Position numbers and translations under genes: made by a program. A stretch of 62,165 bases of DNA, counting the filler, from Babesia bigemina (taxonomy: Eukaryota): the NCBI RefSeq assembly GCF_000981445.1. It is 5 parts of 5 records of this genome, joined end to end, with 100 filler letters (N's around TTAATTAATTAA, not from the genome) between each part and the next. Parts side by side here need not be neighbours in the genome. Positions count along the whole stretch, not along the records: positions 1 to 14,674 come from NW_012237241.1; 4 more parts are not named here. One strand, written 5' to 3'. The notes under the pieces were generated by a model. The model was given only the letters and a program-made list of their open reading frames with translations, had not been told where the DNA came from and ran no database searches. Shown one piece after another: positions 1 through 11,300 of the stretch (the first letter of the stretch is position 1; each line of letters starts with the position of its first letter).

Positions 1-840
1 TAGAGTGATTAAGGGGGGGATGTAGAGTGGTTAAAGGGGCGATGTGAGTTGGTAAAGGGGCGATGTAGAGTGGGTTAGGGAGCGATGTAGAGTGGGTTAG
101 GGAGCGATGTAGAGTGGGTAAAGGGGCGATGTAGAGTGGGTAACGGGGCGATGTGGAGTGGATAAAGGGGCGATGTAGAGTGGATAAAGGGGCGATGTAG
201 AGTGGGTAAAGGGGCGATGAAGAGTGGGTTAAGGGGCGATGTAGAGTGGGTTAGGGAGCGATGTAGAGTGGGTTAAGGGGCGATGTAGAGTGGGTTAGGG
301 AGCGATGTAGAGTGGGTTAAGGGGCGATGTAGAGTGGGTTAGGGAGCGATGTAGAGTGGATAAAGGGGCGATGTAGAGTGGATAAAGGAGCGATGTAGAG
401 TGGAGTAAGGGGCGATGTAGAGTGGAGTAAGGGGCGATGTAGAGTGGATAAAGGGGCGATGTAGAGTGGGTTAAGGGGCGATGTAGAGTGGGTTAGGGAG
501 CGATGTGGAGTGGGTTAGGGAGCGATGTAGAGTGGATAAAGGGGCGATGTAGAGTGGGTTAGGGAGCGATGTAGAGTGGTTAAGGAGCGATGTGGAGTGG
601 GTTAAGGGGCGATGTAGAGTGGATTAAGGAGCGATGTAGAGTGGGTAAAGGGGCGATGTAGAGTGGATAAGGGGCGATGTAGAGTGGATAGAGGGGCGAT
701 GTAGAGTGGATAAAGGGGCGACGTAGAGTGGATAAAGGGGCGATGTATAGTGGATAAGGGGCGATGTAGAGTGGGTTAGGGAGCGATGTGGAGTGGATAA
801 GGAGCGATGAAGAGTGGATAAGGGGCGATGTAGAGTGGAT
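1..840. repeat. Repeat A array: 21-22-bp unit GGGGCGATGTAGAGTGG(A/G)T(A/T)AA with telomere-like GGGTTAGGG variants
   Basis: Tandem units read directly; G-rich on +. Same position and orientation as the arrays upstream of the other minus-strand ves genes, so a gene probably lies left of the window. Confidence 0.95.
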
Positions 841-864
841 GACAAATACCACTTAGGTCACCAC

Positions 865-902
865 TGTCATCGCTGCCGTGACCATGTCATCGCTGCCGTA
901 AC
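865..902. repeat. Repeat B (20-bp, GTCATCGCTGCCGTGACCAT), 2 copies
   Basis: Same unit as the large array at 40595-41460, reverse orientation. Confidence 0.9.
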
Positions 903-908
903 ATTAAC

Positions 909-1580
909 TTGGTCAGCACTTTGGTCAGCACATTGGTCAGCACATTGGTCAGCACATTGGTCAGCACATTGGTCAGCACATTGGTCAGCACGTTGGTCAA
1001 CACATTGGTCAACACATTGGTCATCACTTTGGTCAGCACGTTGGTCAACACATTGGTCAACACATTGGTCATCACTTTGGTCAGCACGTTGGTCAGCACC
1101 TTGGTCAACACGTTGGTCACCACTTTGCTCATGGCATTGGTCACCACTTGGTCACCACGTTGGTCACCACTCTGGTCAACACGTTGGTCAGCACATTGGT
1201 CAGCACTTTGGTCAGGTGGTAGGTCACCACTTTGGTCAGCACTTTGGTCATGGCATTGGTCAGCACATTGGTCATTACGTTGGTCATTACGTTGGTCAGC
1301 ACTTTGGTCAGCACTCTGGTCATGGCATTGGTCAGCACGTTGGTCATGGCATTGGTCACCACGTTGGTCACCACGTTGGTCACCACTTTGTTTATGACAT
1401 TGGTCAGCACATTGGTCACCACTTTGTTTATGACATTGGTCAGCACATTGGTCACCACTTTGTTTATGACATTGGTCAACACATTGGTCAACACTTTGGG
1501 CAGCACATAGGTCAGCACTTTGGTCATGGCATTGGTCATCACCTTGGTCACCACGTTGGTCATCACCTTGGTCAGCACTT
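909..1580. repeat. Repeat C array (12-bp, TTGGTCAGCACA variants)
   Basis: 12-nt periodicity; produces the LVST/HWSA/GQH pseudo-ORFs. Confidence 0.95.
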
Positions 1581-1703
1581 TAGTTAACTACTACACAATC
1601 ACATACAACGAATAATGAGTGATTTAAAACATTAGATTAAAATCCGTTAGATAGGTGAGTAGGTGATGCTAGGTGAGTGTAGGTAGTGAACACGTGAGTA
1701 CCA
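1581..1703 (-). promoter_or_regulatory. Conserved ves 3' flank (C-type): GTACTCACGTG...CTCACCTAGCATCACCTACTCACCTA...GTTGTATGTGATTGTGTAGTAGTTAACT
   Basis: Similar copies follow the stops at 8387, 39070, 55194 and 61387; function inferred. Confidence 0.7.
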
Positions 1704-4700
1704 TTATGGTTGCAGATAAAACACTCTGTTAAGCTTGTCAACACGTGCAGCAGCAAGTAGTGACTGAGCGGCAATGCGATGTGATGAGGGACTATGTAGA
1801 TGCGATTTGATGTGGAGCAGGTCGAGGCGGATGACCATGATGTGGAGGAGGTACAACAAAGAGAGGAGCCAGAGGGCGACGTTGAGCCAGATGAAGGGGG
1901 CGCGGATGGTGAACAAATAGTTTGGAATTGTATCGTTAACAAGTATATACAGTACGTTGCCTTGCTTTAGCACTCTTTTCAACGCATTACATAAGTTACT
2001 ACATGTCCTTTTATTAGACAGGTCATACGCACCGCTTAGGTTTGATGAGCTGCCATATACGAAACCGTATGTATACAGTGTAGGCAAGTTGAGTGGGCAT
2101 TGTACAATCGATTTGCATGATTTATCGTGAGTTGAGGATTGACGTTTCGGCAATCGATCTGCGTTGCAACTTCTATTACATTGGTTTTTGCGACATTTCG
2201 CTCGTTCAGTGCCGCATTTACTATAGCATTCTTCATACAACTTCCTGAGTAAATCATAGAATGTCTCACTAAGGTAGACAATCCACGATAGATATTTGTC
2301 GGCGTATGCTTCGGTGAAAGTGTTGCAAACATTAAGGCATAATGGTCTCATATATGAACCACACGGATAAGCCGACAGTGATTTTGAAGCTTCCCTGCAT
2401 TTCATAAGCGAGTAGAGATCGCCTTTAATGTGTGTACTATGGTCACTGTTTTCGAAGATTTGAGTGATGTCTAGATTGCTGTCAACCCTCTCGAAATTTG
2501 CACTTCGCACGGCGTTGTCGAATATCGTTCGTACGCCGTGATTCCACCCACTGAGGAAGTTGTAGTAAAACGAGAACATGTCTCCAAGTGTTTTGGGAGC
2601 ACTGGGAAGCAAACAGTTGAGTTTGCTGCACAGCTTGGTGACTGGCGAATTTGCACCTCCACAGAAACCTTCAAGCACAACTCTAATACGTTCACCTATC
2701 ATTGTATGCGATGCCATGACACTTATATCACCAAAGCCCATAGGTGTCCTACATGGCATTCCAGGCGTCTTAGGGCAACTGGAACATGACATCTTCGTAC
2801 CCTTACATGATACACTATGCGGCAAATAACCTTGTAATCCGTCCTCCAAGAATGATTGAAGTGGCGATTTTACTCCGCACTTTGGGTGTTGGTCACCCTT
2901 TTGGTTGTGTATTTGGTTGCACGTTTGCTTACACTTTTGGTTGCACAGTTGATCAGGGCATTGCAGCTCATTGCACTGCCAACCTGAGCCACCTACTTGC
3001 CGACCGTAGTAGCACTCACGCCATCCACTGAGTTCGGTTTCATATGAACATTGCTGGTAGAGGAACTGAAGCTGATATTGTAAGCGTTGGAGGTAGTCCA
3101 ACATCATACAGATTAAGATGTCCATATTAGTGGGATAGTGCAACTTCCATGAGTTATTTGAATAGTCGCAAGCGTAAATTCCTCCTGCGTGGCCGTGCCC
3201 TAGGACTGTGACGAGGACTTCATATGATTGAGAGCAGACGTCGTTTAGTGTAGCCAGAATATCGTTGTGTCTGATTACGTGTGGATAGGCGTTGACAGAT
3301 AGGCTGTTGAGGTCAATCGTCGGTATCTCCGCGTCCTCCACATCCGTCTTATTTATATCGGTAAACAGCGGTGAGAATGCGCCATGTAGCGATGATGGAT
3401 ATACAGGGCTATGTGGCAGACCAGTGAACCAGATCAGCATTTCGTACACATTGCACGGCGACTTAGTTGAGGCATTGTGCTGAAGGTGAGAGGCTTCATT
3501 ATATTCATTCAGATGCCTGACGAGCGTCAGAAGCACGCTGCTTCCATCGTCTCCATCTATGACTGACTTTAGATATATATTAAAATCAATATCAGGTCGT
3601 GGGAAAGTCTGGAATTCATATTTGTCATTGAACGCTTCTCGCAGCGCTAAAGCGATATCCATGCCGCTGTTCTGCCTATTGAAAAGATTGGTAACATTGA
3701 AGCCCTGACTCTCAAGATGGCTTTTTAAGAGGCCTGTGTTATCCTCGACATCTTCACTACCGTCAACCTTGAGCTGACTCCAAGAAGTAGATGAATGATA
3801 ATATAAATAATGAAGCTCATAGAAAAGAGTGGACAGTGCAGTTAGAAACACTTTACAACATCGTTCTCCTTCACCGGATAACTTGTCACCCTTGATCCAA
3901 TGAGTGTCATGTGGGATAGCGCCTGAATAGGAATTCACGTAACCGAGGCGGAGGTGAGCGGATAATTTCAAAAGACCTCCAATGACTGGCCGCAATACTT
4001 TCTTGGCTGCGTCATCCGCCTTGTCGGGAAAAATGTTTCTCAGCGCCTCGCCGAAATCATTGAGGCAAGGTGTGACGAGGTAGTCGAAATGCTGAGAATC
4101 GCAAATCTGCTGTAGCAACAAGTTCAACGTTTTATATACTGCTGTAAAGGTAGAGGAAAACGGCATTACTTTGGGCTGTTCCATTATCTCTTGGAACAAT
4201 AAGTTGAAGCATGGGTTAAGTTTCTTCGCCAAATCTTGTAATGTATTCTGCACGGTTTTAGGTGGAGCTGCAATTGATTTTGTAATCATAAAGTCTTGTA
4301 ACTCAGTGACTAAATATTTTTGCAACCGTTGTAATAAGCCTTTTACCCCCGATACCGTATCATTATTGATCATAATTTTCATATTCTTGCGTGTTTCTTC
4401 AATGACTTCGCTCAACGTTCTCATATCCTCAGTCGTCGCCCTTACATACCTAGTCAACGTATCCTTCTTAATGTTCTTAATTCTGGCTTGGTACTGTTGG
4501 CTTACTTTTTGATTAATGTTGTTGATACATTCATTAATTTTGGCTGGAATGGTTTTGTCGTGAAATTCTTTAGCTTGTGTGACGAGTGAAGCCAGTGTGT
4601 TAAAGTTATCCGGCTGACCTGAAGTTTCAATTATAGCAGCAATCTCATTTTGGATTTTTTTCAAATCTTGAGGGATGTTATAAATGCTTCCTGCGCCGCT

Positions 4701-7172
4701 ACCATCGAGCATCTTCCTTAAATCAGACAGCAATTTCCGCACGCCTCTGTTCTTATTTGGTGATTCAGCAATTGGCGTGCCCTGAAGCGTAAGAGAATCA
4801 TTGATGGCTTTGGCGAAAGTATCAATAGCGGATGTGATAACAGTGAGCGCCGATTTAAGTTTGTTGGTGTTTATAGTTTCGAGACCTTTAGAATCGGTTA
4901 TGTTTCCAAGTTTATCTTGCAGATCGGTTCTAATATCTTTGATTATATCCGGAAGTGAACCTGTGGGTTGCGTGATTGGATCGACAGGTTGAGAAATGTA
5001 TTTTTTATAAGCATTAAGATTTTTGAGATCAATCTGATGCTTGAAGCCGTCTGGCAACTGCGTTTCGAGCGCTTGTGCCACTCCGCTAATTGCTTTGTCA
5101 AGTAGCTCCGCATGATTGGGCTTGCGGTTTTTAGTGGGTTGTCCAGTAGCCGTGTTGAGTTGACTGTGAAGTAGCGTAACCTTTCTATGAGCATCCGTAA
5201 TCTTCGCTGCTATACTGCCTGGGTCTGCGGTGATTGGCCTCTTATTTAGGCTTAGCGAGTGTAGTTCGGCAGTCGCCCCTCGTGCTGCACCAACTAGCTG
5301 TTGGAGGACGTGGTCAACGGCCCATGTGAGATGTCCCTTGGGATCAGGGACAATGCCTACGCTAGTATATGTTCCAAACTTGGAGTCGATAGATCGCGCA
5401 ATATCTTCTACGAACGCTCCATTTTTGCCTAGATCTTCCTTCAATTTCGCATCCAGCTTATCAGCAAATATATCGCATACTCGCTTGACAGCGTCGACAT
5501 ATGCCTCGATTTCGTCATCTGCGCGGCTGCTTAGATCCCTTATCTCGGCTTGCACCGCGCCAATTGTGCCATCTTCAATTTGTTGCATAATACGTTGCGC
5601 AACATTCTTGATAAACCCCTTATTGGTTAGTTCATCATCATCATATGGCGACGTGAATCTACCACCCTTACTATTAACTTCTTGCGCATAACTTTTAATC
5701 CACCCCTTGACTAGAATATTATTGTCCAAAATGACTTCCAACCACTTACTCAACACTTTGCTTTCAAACTTCCCTTTGTCAAACTCATTGGCATAATCCT
5801 TAAAAGCTTCTCGTATACCCTCCAAACCCATAGAAAATGATGTTCTCTCCCCTCGGATTTGTGCAACTTTAGTTCGGATATGTTCAAAAATGTCATACAT
5901 GGTCGTGCTCTGCTCTCCAGTTGGTCGGCCGTTAAGCTCCTTTGGAAATTCTTTGGCAAGATCCTTCACCTTCTCCTTTATCTGGTTGACAGCCACCTTA
6001 ATTGCTTCCTTCACCTGATTTAAATCCGTTCTAATCGCTTCGTCCATATCTTTAATCGTGTTCAACGCCGCGGCGATATGCGTGTATGTTGCCGTCTGAA
6101 CAGCGTCTATGGCATCTCGAAGCTTAAATGCTTTCTCATACAATGCTTGGGATGCTTTCTGAATATCAATCTTCTTACTTCCTGACAATTCTCGACAAAT
6201 TTCATCTACTTTCTTCATCGCGGTATCGACAACTTTAACCGCCATAGTGCTCCACCTTTCCAAATTATTCTGCACCTCCTCCAGCTTGGCTTTCACGGTC
6301 TTGATGGGTTGTTGGATATTAGTATCAAGCGCAATTCTCAAATCTTCAATACATATGGTTTTCCGTATATTCGCGTAATTAGTCACTTCATCTCTTAATT
6401 TTCCAAATTCGGTCTCTACAGTAATCTTCATTTCGCCCAACTCCACCTGATCCGAACTTGCAGTCTTTTTCACATTGTCAATCTGTAATTTAATTCTGTC
6501 AAAATAGCAACACAACTGTGTCTTGAGATCCGCATCTAGTTTGTCAATCGCCGTTTCAGTTGCACTTAATCTATTTGACAAATCCTTGGTAGCCGTCTTA
6601 TACCAGACCTTGACGGCATCATCAAATCCATTGCGAGATAAACTTTCAACCTGCGAAATAATACTCTGAATTGTATCTTCAAGTTGTTTTAACGTTCCCC
6701 TATTGCTAATAACATTCCCAGTCATCTCCCTTACTTCACCTTCATACCCCTCCAACCACCCCCTCACCGCGTCGACAGACGCCGCAAGCCCAGTACGCCC
6801 GGAGCCAATATTATCTTCTAATTTCTTAATAACTGTATTAATGTCTTTACTCTTATCTGTATCATAAGTTGTCACTTCATTTTCGTTTTTCACCGCACTG
6901 AGAACACCACTCAAAAATCCCATCACCCCGTCACACAGCCTATCCAAGTCGGAGTACACAATCCCCTGGCCAGTGTAGCCTTTGGAGTCAGAGTCGAAGC
7001 CGAGGAAGGTTTCGAGGCCGGAACAAAGGTTATTAAGGATGTTAGTAGAGTTGTTATTTAAGGTATTTTCAAGGTTCAAAATTTTACCAAATTTCTTGCC
7101 AAGCTCCCTAGGCGGCACATGGTCAAGGCAGTGGCAAGAGGTGGAAAAGGGAAGAGAAGAGTGACAAGGCAC
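1704..7172 (-). CDS. ves1: VESA1-like variant erythrocyte surface antigen (gene 1; GHGHAGG subtype); first in-frame ATG at 6923
   Basis: 1822-aa ORF; GYTGQGIVYSDLDRLCDGVMGFL motif, helical variable region, Cys-rich domain, C-terminal TM plus ...HIKSHLHSPSSHRIAAQSLLAAARV...YLQP tail, recalled as typical of B. bigemina/ovata ves1-like proteins. Confidence 0.85.
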   Translation of the reverse strand: MPCHSSLPFSTSCHCLDHVPPRELGKKFGKILNLENTLNNNSTNILNNLCSGLETFLGFDSDSKGYTGQGIVYSDLDRLCDGVMGFLSGVLSAVKNENEVTTYDTDKSKDINTVIKKLEDNIGSGRTGLAASVDAVRGWLEGYEGEVREMTGNVISNRGTLKQLEDTIQSIISQVESLSRNGFDDAVKVWYKTATKDLSNRLSATETAIDKLDADLKTQLCCYFDRIKLQIDNVKKTASSDQVELGEMKITVETEFGKLRDEVTNYANIRKTICIEDLRIALDTNIQQPIKTVKAKLEEVQNNLERWSTMAVKVVDTAMKKVDEICRELSGSKKIDIQKASQALYEKAFKLRDAIDAVQTATYTHIAAALNTIKDMDEAIRTDLNQVKEAIKVAVNQIKEKVKDLAKEFPKELNGRPTGEQSTTMYDIFEHIRTKVAQIRGERTSFSMGLEGIREAFKDYANEFDKGKFESKVLSKWLEVILDNNILVKGWIKSYAQEVNSKGGRFTSPYDDDELTNKGFIKNVAQRIMQQIEDGTIGAVQAEIRDLSSRADDEIEAYVDAVKRVCDIFADKLDAKLKEDLGKNGAFVEDIARSIDSKFGTYTSVGIVPDPKGHLTWAVDHVLQQLVGAARGATAELHSLSLNKRPITADPGSIAAKITDAHRKVTLLHSQLNTATGQPTKNRKPNHAELLDKAISGVAQALETQLPDGFKHQIDLKNLNAYKKYISQPVDPITQPTGSLPDIIKDIRTDLQDKLGNITDSKGLETINTNKLKSALTVITSAIDTFAKAINDSLTLQGTPIAESPNKNRGVRKLLSDLRKMLDGSGAGSIYNIPQDLKKIQNEIAAIIETSGQPDNFNTLASLVTQAKEFHDKTIPAKINECINNINQKVSQQYQARIKNIKKDTLTRYVRATTEDMRTLSEVIEETRKNMKIMINNDTVSGVKGLLQRLQKYLVTELQDFMITKSIAAPPKTVQNTLQDLAKKLNPCFNLLFQEIMEQPKVMPFSSTFTAVYKTLNLLLQQICDSQHFDYLVTPCLNDFGEALRNIFPDKADDAAKKVLRPVIGGLLKLSAHLRLGYVNSYSGAIPHDTHWIKGDKLSGEGERCCKVFLTALSTLFYELHYLYYHSSTSWSQLKVDGSEDVEDNTGLLKSHLESQGFNVTNLFNRQNSGMDIALALREAFNDKYEFQTFPRPDIDFNIYLKSVIDGDDGSSVLLTLVRHLNEYNEASHLQHNASTKSPCNVYEMLIWFTGLPHSPVYPSSLHGAFSPLFTDINKTDVEDAEIPTIDLNSLSVNAYPHVIRHNDILATLNDVCSQSYEVLVTVLGHGHAGGIYACDYSNNSWKLHYPTNMDILICMMLDYLQRLQYQLQFLYQQCSYETELSGWRECYYGRQVGGSGWQCNELQCPDQLCNQKCKQTCNQIHNQKGDQHPKCGVKSPLQSFLEDGLQGYLPHSVSCKGTKMSCSSCPKTPGMPCRTPMGFGDISVMASHTMIGERIRVVLEGFCGGANSPVTKLCSKLNCLLPSAPKTLGDMFSFYYNFLSGWNHGVRTIFDNAVRSANFERVDSNLDITQIFENSDHSTHIKGDLYSLMKCREASKSLSAYPCGSYMRPLCLNVCNTFTEAYADKYLSWIVYLSETFYDLLRKLYEECYSKCGTERAKCRKNQCNRSCNADRLPKRQSSTHDKSCKSIVQCPLNLPTLYTYGFVYGSSSNLSGAYDLSNKRTCSNLCNALKRVLKQGNVLYILVNDTIPNYLFTIRAPFIWLNVALWLLSLLYLLHIMVIRLDLLHIKSHLHSPSSHRIAAQSLLAAARVDKLNRVFYLQP

Positions 7173-7225
7173 AAGTTATTGCTATGGTTTATAGAGGTCA
7201 TAGCGATATTATGGCGAGGTGATTA

Positions 7226-8036
7226 GAGCGATGTAGAGTGGATAAAAAGACGATGTAGAGTGGGTTAGGGTGCGATGTAGGGTGGATAAAGGGGCGATGT
7301 AGAGTGGATAAAGGAGCGATGTAGAGTGCGTTAGGGAGCGATGTGGAGTGGGTTAGGGAGCGATGTAGAGTGGGTTAAGGGGCGATGTAGAGTGGATAAA
7401 GGAGCGATGAAGAGTGGGTTAAGGGGTGATGTGGAGTGGGTAAAGGGGCGATGTGGAGTGGGTAAAGGGGCGATGTAGAGTGGGTTAAGGGGCGATGTAG
7501 AGTGGGTTAGGGAGCGATGTAGAGTGGGTAAAGGGGCGATGTAAGGTGGGTAAAGGGGCGATGTAGAGTGGGTTAGGGAGCGATGTGGAGTGGGTTAAGG
7601 GGCGATGTAGAGTGGGTTAAGGGGCGATGTGGAGTGGGTTAAGGGGCGATGTAGAGTGGGTTAATAGGCGGTGTAGAGTGGGTTAAGGGGCGATGTAGAG
7701 TAGATTAGGGAGCGATGTAGAGTGGGTTAGGGAGCGATGTAGAGTGGATTAAGGGAGCGATGTGGAGTGGATAAGGGAGCGATGTAGAGTGGATTAAGGG
7801 GCGATGCAGAGTGGATAAAGGAGCGATGAGGGGTGGATAAAGGGGCGATGTGGAGTGGATTAGGGAGCGATGTAGAGTGGTTAAAGGGGCGATGTAGAGT
7901 GGTTAAAGGGGCGATGTAGAGTGGATAACGGGGCGATGTAGAGTGGGTAAAGGGGCGATGTGGAGTGGGTAAAGGGGCGATGTAGAGTGGACTAAGGAGC
8001 GATGTAGAGTGGGTAAAGGAGCGATGTAGAGTGGAT
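7226..8036. repeat. Repeat A array upstream of gene 1
   Basis: Tandem 21-22-bp units. Confidence 0.95.
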
Positions 8037-8059
8037 GATAATCACCATTTAGGTCACCA

Positions 8060-8260
8060 TGTCATCGTTGCCGTGACCATGTCATCGCTGCCGTGACCAG
8101 CACCTTGGTCAGCACTTTGGTCAGCACCTTGGTCAGCACTTTGGTCAGCACCTTGGTCAGCACGTTGGTCAGCACCTTGGTCAGCACGTTGGTCAACACG
8201 TTGGTCACCACGTTGGCCAACACATTGGTCAACACTTTGGTCAGCACTTTGGTCACCACT
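8060..8260. repeat. Repeat B (2 copies) followed by repeat C array
   Basis: Units read directly. Confidence 0.9.
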
Positions 8261-8386
8261 TTAGTTAACTACTACACAATCACATACAACGATTAATGAA
8301 TGATACAACAGATTAAAGCACAATTCATAAGTTAGGTGAGTAGGTGATGTGCTAGGTGAGTGTAGGATGTAACAACGTGAGTACGA

Positions 8387-11300
8387 TTATGGTTGCAGAT
8401 AAAACACCCTGTTAAGCTTGTTAACACGTCCAGCAGCGAGCAGTGATTGGGCAGCTATGCGATGTGATGAGGGACTATGTAAATGCGATTTGATGTGGAG
8501 GATGTCTAGGCGGATGACCATGATGTGGAGGAGGTACAAAAAGGAGAGGAGCCAGAGCGCTACATTGAGCCAGATGAAGGGAGCGCGGATGGCAAAAATG
8601 TATTCCGGAATAAGCTTATTCACGAGTTTGAAGAGTAAATTATCTTCCTTCACAACTGTTTTCAATGCCTCACAGAAATCGTGACATGTACGCTGCTTGC
8701 CAACACCGCTCACGCCGCTTAGGTCATTCGGACTCCCGAATGTGAAACCATATCTGTATAGTGCCGGATGAGTATCGGGACACTTTACAATGGATTTGCA
8801 CTCGCTATCATGATTGACTCCGTGGGCGCCTGGATTTCTCTTAGTTCCGCAAGCATCGCCGCACTTACTGATACGGCATTTAGGTTTCTCACCGCCGCAT
8901 CTAGCGTCACATTCGTCATATAATTTCTTTAGTAAATCATAGAATGTCTCAGTGATGTAGACGACCCAGGACAGATAAGTGTCAGCGTGCTTATCGACAA
9001 ATATGTTGCGCATATTGAGATACAGAGGTTGTAGGTATCGACCGCACGGCAAGCAAGGAGCGTCTTTAGGATTGCAGGATGAAAGTGCAAATAGGTCACC
9101 TTTGAGATGGGTACTCACCGGTCTACTTGATGCTATTACGTCGGCATTTTCATGATTACTGCTCTTTTGAATCGATGTAACGTCCAGCTCCGTAGTGGGA
9201 ATTCCAAAGTTAGCTTTCTGGACAGCCACTTTGAAGGCAACGCCTTTGTGCTTGTTATCAAAATTGGAAAGGAATTGGTGGTAGAAGGCAAACATGTCTC
9301 CAAGCGTCTGAGGTGGCCGGCGGAGTAGGCATGTTAAGAGACTGCATAATTTGCTTAGAGGCTTATCTGAATCACCGCAGAGATCGTGAAACGCCCGTTT
9401 GATGTACGCACCTGTTTGAGTGTGCGATGCCAGTATACCGATGTCTGTAAAACCCATGGGAGTGAGACACGGTTTGCCAAAGTGGTTACCTACTGAGCAC
9501 TTGACTCCGCATCCCACCTTGGTAAGGTGATGAGGGAGGAATTTTTGTAAACCGTCTTCAAGGTAGGACTGAAGCGGGGACTTGACACCGCACACAGGGT
9601 GCTGGTTGCACTTTTGGCTACCAGTTTGGTTGGCATTTTGGTTAGTCTTTTGGTCAGCTATTTGCTTACGTGTTTGGTCACAGTTTTGGTTCGCACATTG
9701 ATCTTCATTACAGATCCATGACGATCCACCGACGTGCCGACCATAGTGGCAGTCCTCCCAACCACCGCTCTTAGTGCCGTTGTAGCACTGTTTTTGGAGG
9801 AAATGACTTTGTTGGTATACTCGAAACGATACATCAGCAAGCATATCGAAGCACGCGTTAGGACTGCTACCATAGTCTAGATTATCTTCATTAGTGTTGA
9901 AGTCAACGGCGTACCGGCCGCCTGCGTGGCCATTGCCTAGGATAGCAACCAACGTGTTCTTGGCCTGGAAGCAAACTTGATAAAGTATGGATGCTGAGTC
10001 TGTGTATTTGACAGTGCTAGGGTAGGCCTCAAGTTTTAGTCGATCGCGATCAATTTCAGAATAATCTTTCCCTTCGTCTTCCTTGAGCTTGGGGAACAAC
10101 TCCTTGAAGCACTTGAATAGTGGATATAGCACTGGGTTGTACCACAGCCCTGCTAGCCATTGAAGCATCTGGTACACGTTCAGCGGCGCCTTCGGCTTCT
10201 CGATGTGTTTGTAGTTACATACCTTGTAGTATGTGCCAAGGTGGCTGACAAGCTGCCAAAGTGGACCGTCCGGCTTGTCGGCTTCATCGTAAATTCCCTT
10301 GCTATTCGGCGGTTGCGTACTCTTCTTTGTCATGTATTCGATGATTTTTGCGCCCGTTACGTTCCTGTTCAACTCCCCGTTTTGGGTGTCCTTGTCAGCG
10401 GGAATGCTGAAGCCACGTGACTGCAACCATGAGCCAAGTTGGTTTTTTGTTTTTTGCCCATTTTTATGATCCATCTCTAAACAAATATTACTTTTACTGT
10501 AGCCACCTGTAGTACTACAATATTTCCTTAATCTTCCAAATCCATCGTTAAGTATCTCCACTATCGTCAGGCAGACCTTGGCGCAGTTGCGGCCCTCAGG
10601 GGTTAAAACAGTTTTGGGAGTTTCTGGTTTTTCGGCAGCATCTTTAGGTTTAGAATCATCTGGAACAACCCAGTCATCAGAACGTTTCACCCCCGAGTAC
10701 CTACTCACGTACGCGAGGCCGAGTTGCTGGGCGAAGTTGGAGAGGCCGGACTTGAGGGGGGCGAGGAGGGGGGAGGGGGAGGTGAAGGTGGGAGAGAGGG
10801 AGGTGACAAGAGAGTTGAGGGAGGCGAGTAAATCATCAAAATGATGGTCAAAAAGGTACTGCCGAGTTGAATCGCCATTTTGTTTAAGGTAGTGAAGAAG
10901 GGCATCAAATGCGTCCTTGAGATGTCTCACCTTCTCGGACTGGTCGGTGGGCAGGCGTTTATGAGGATCGCCAGACGAAGTGGACACTTGATATTCGGTG
11001 TATTCGAGAACCGAGTCGACAATTTTCCTGAAGTGTGAAGACATGCCAGTGAAATCCTCTTTAGTTGGTACGGCCTTCAATTTCACGGGAGTCACAAATT
11101 CGCTAATTTGTTCAAAGTCGCTTTTATTAGTATGCATTTTCCTTATCAATCCCATCACACCTGTAATTTTTGCAGATCTGATGATCTTCTCAATCTCCTC
11201 TTTCTGCCCCTCGACGAGCGTCTTGAGCGCAGCCAGGTCGGCTTTGTGGGCGTCTGAAAATAGAGTGCGGACTTGGTTGGTGATCATGGTGAAGGTAGAT

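Noticed and set aside
814..1587. 257-aa HWSA/GQH-repeat ORF and similar LVST/VLTN ORFs in all C arrays
   Set aside because: The 12-bp unit lacks stops in most frames; ORFs appear on both strands and change frame between copies
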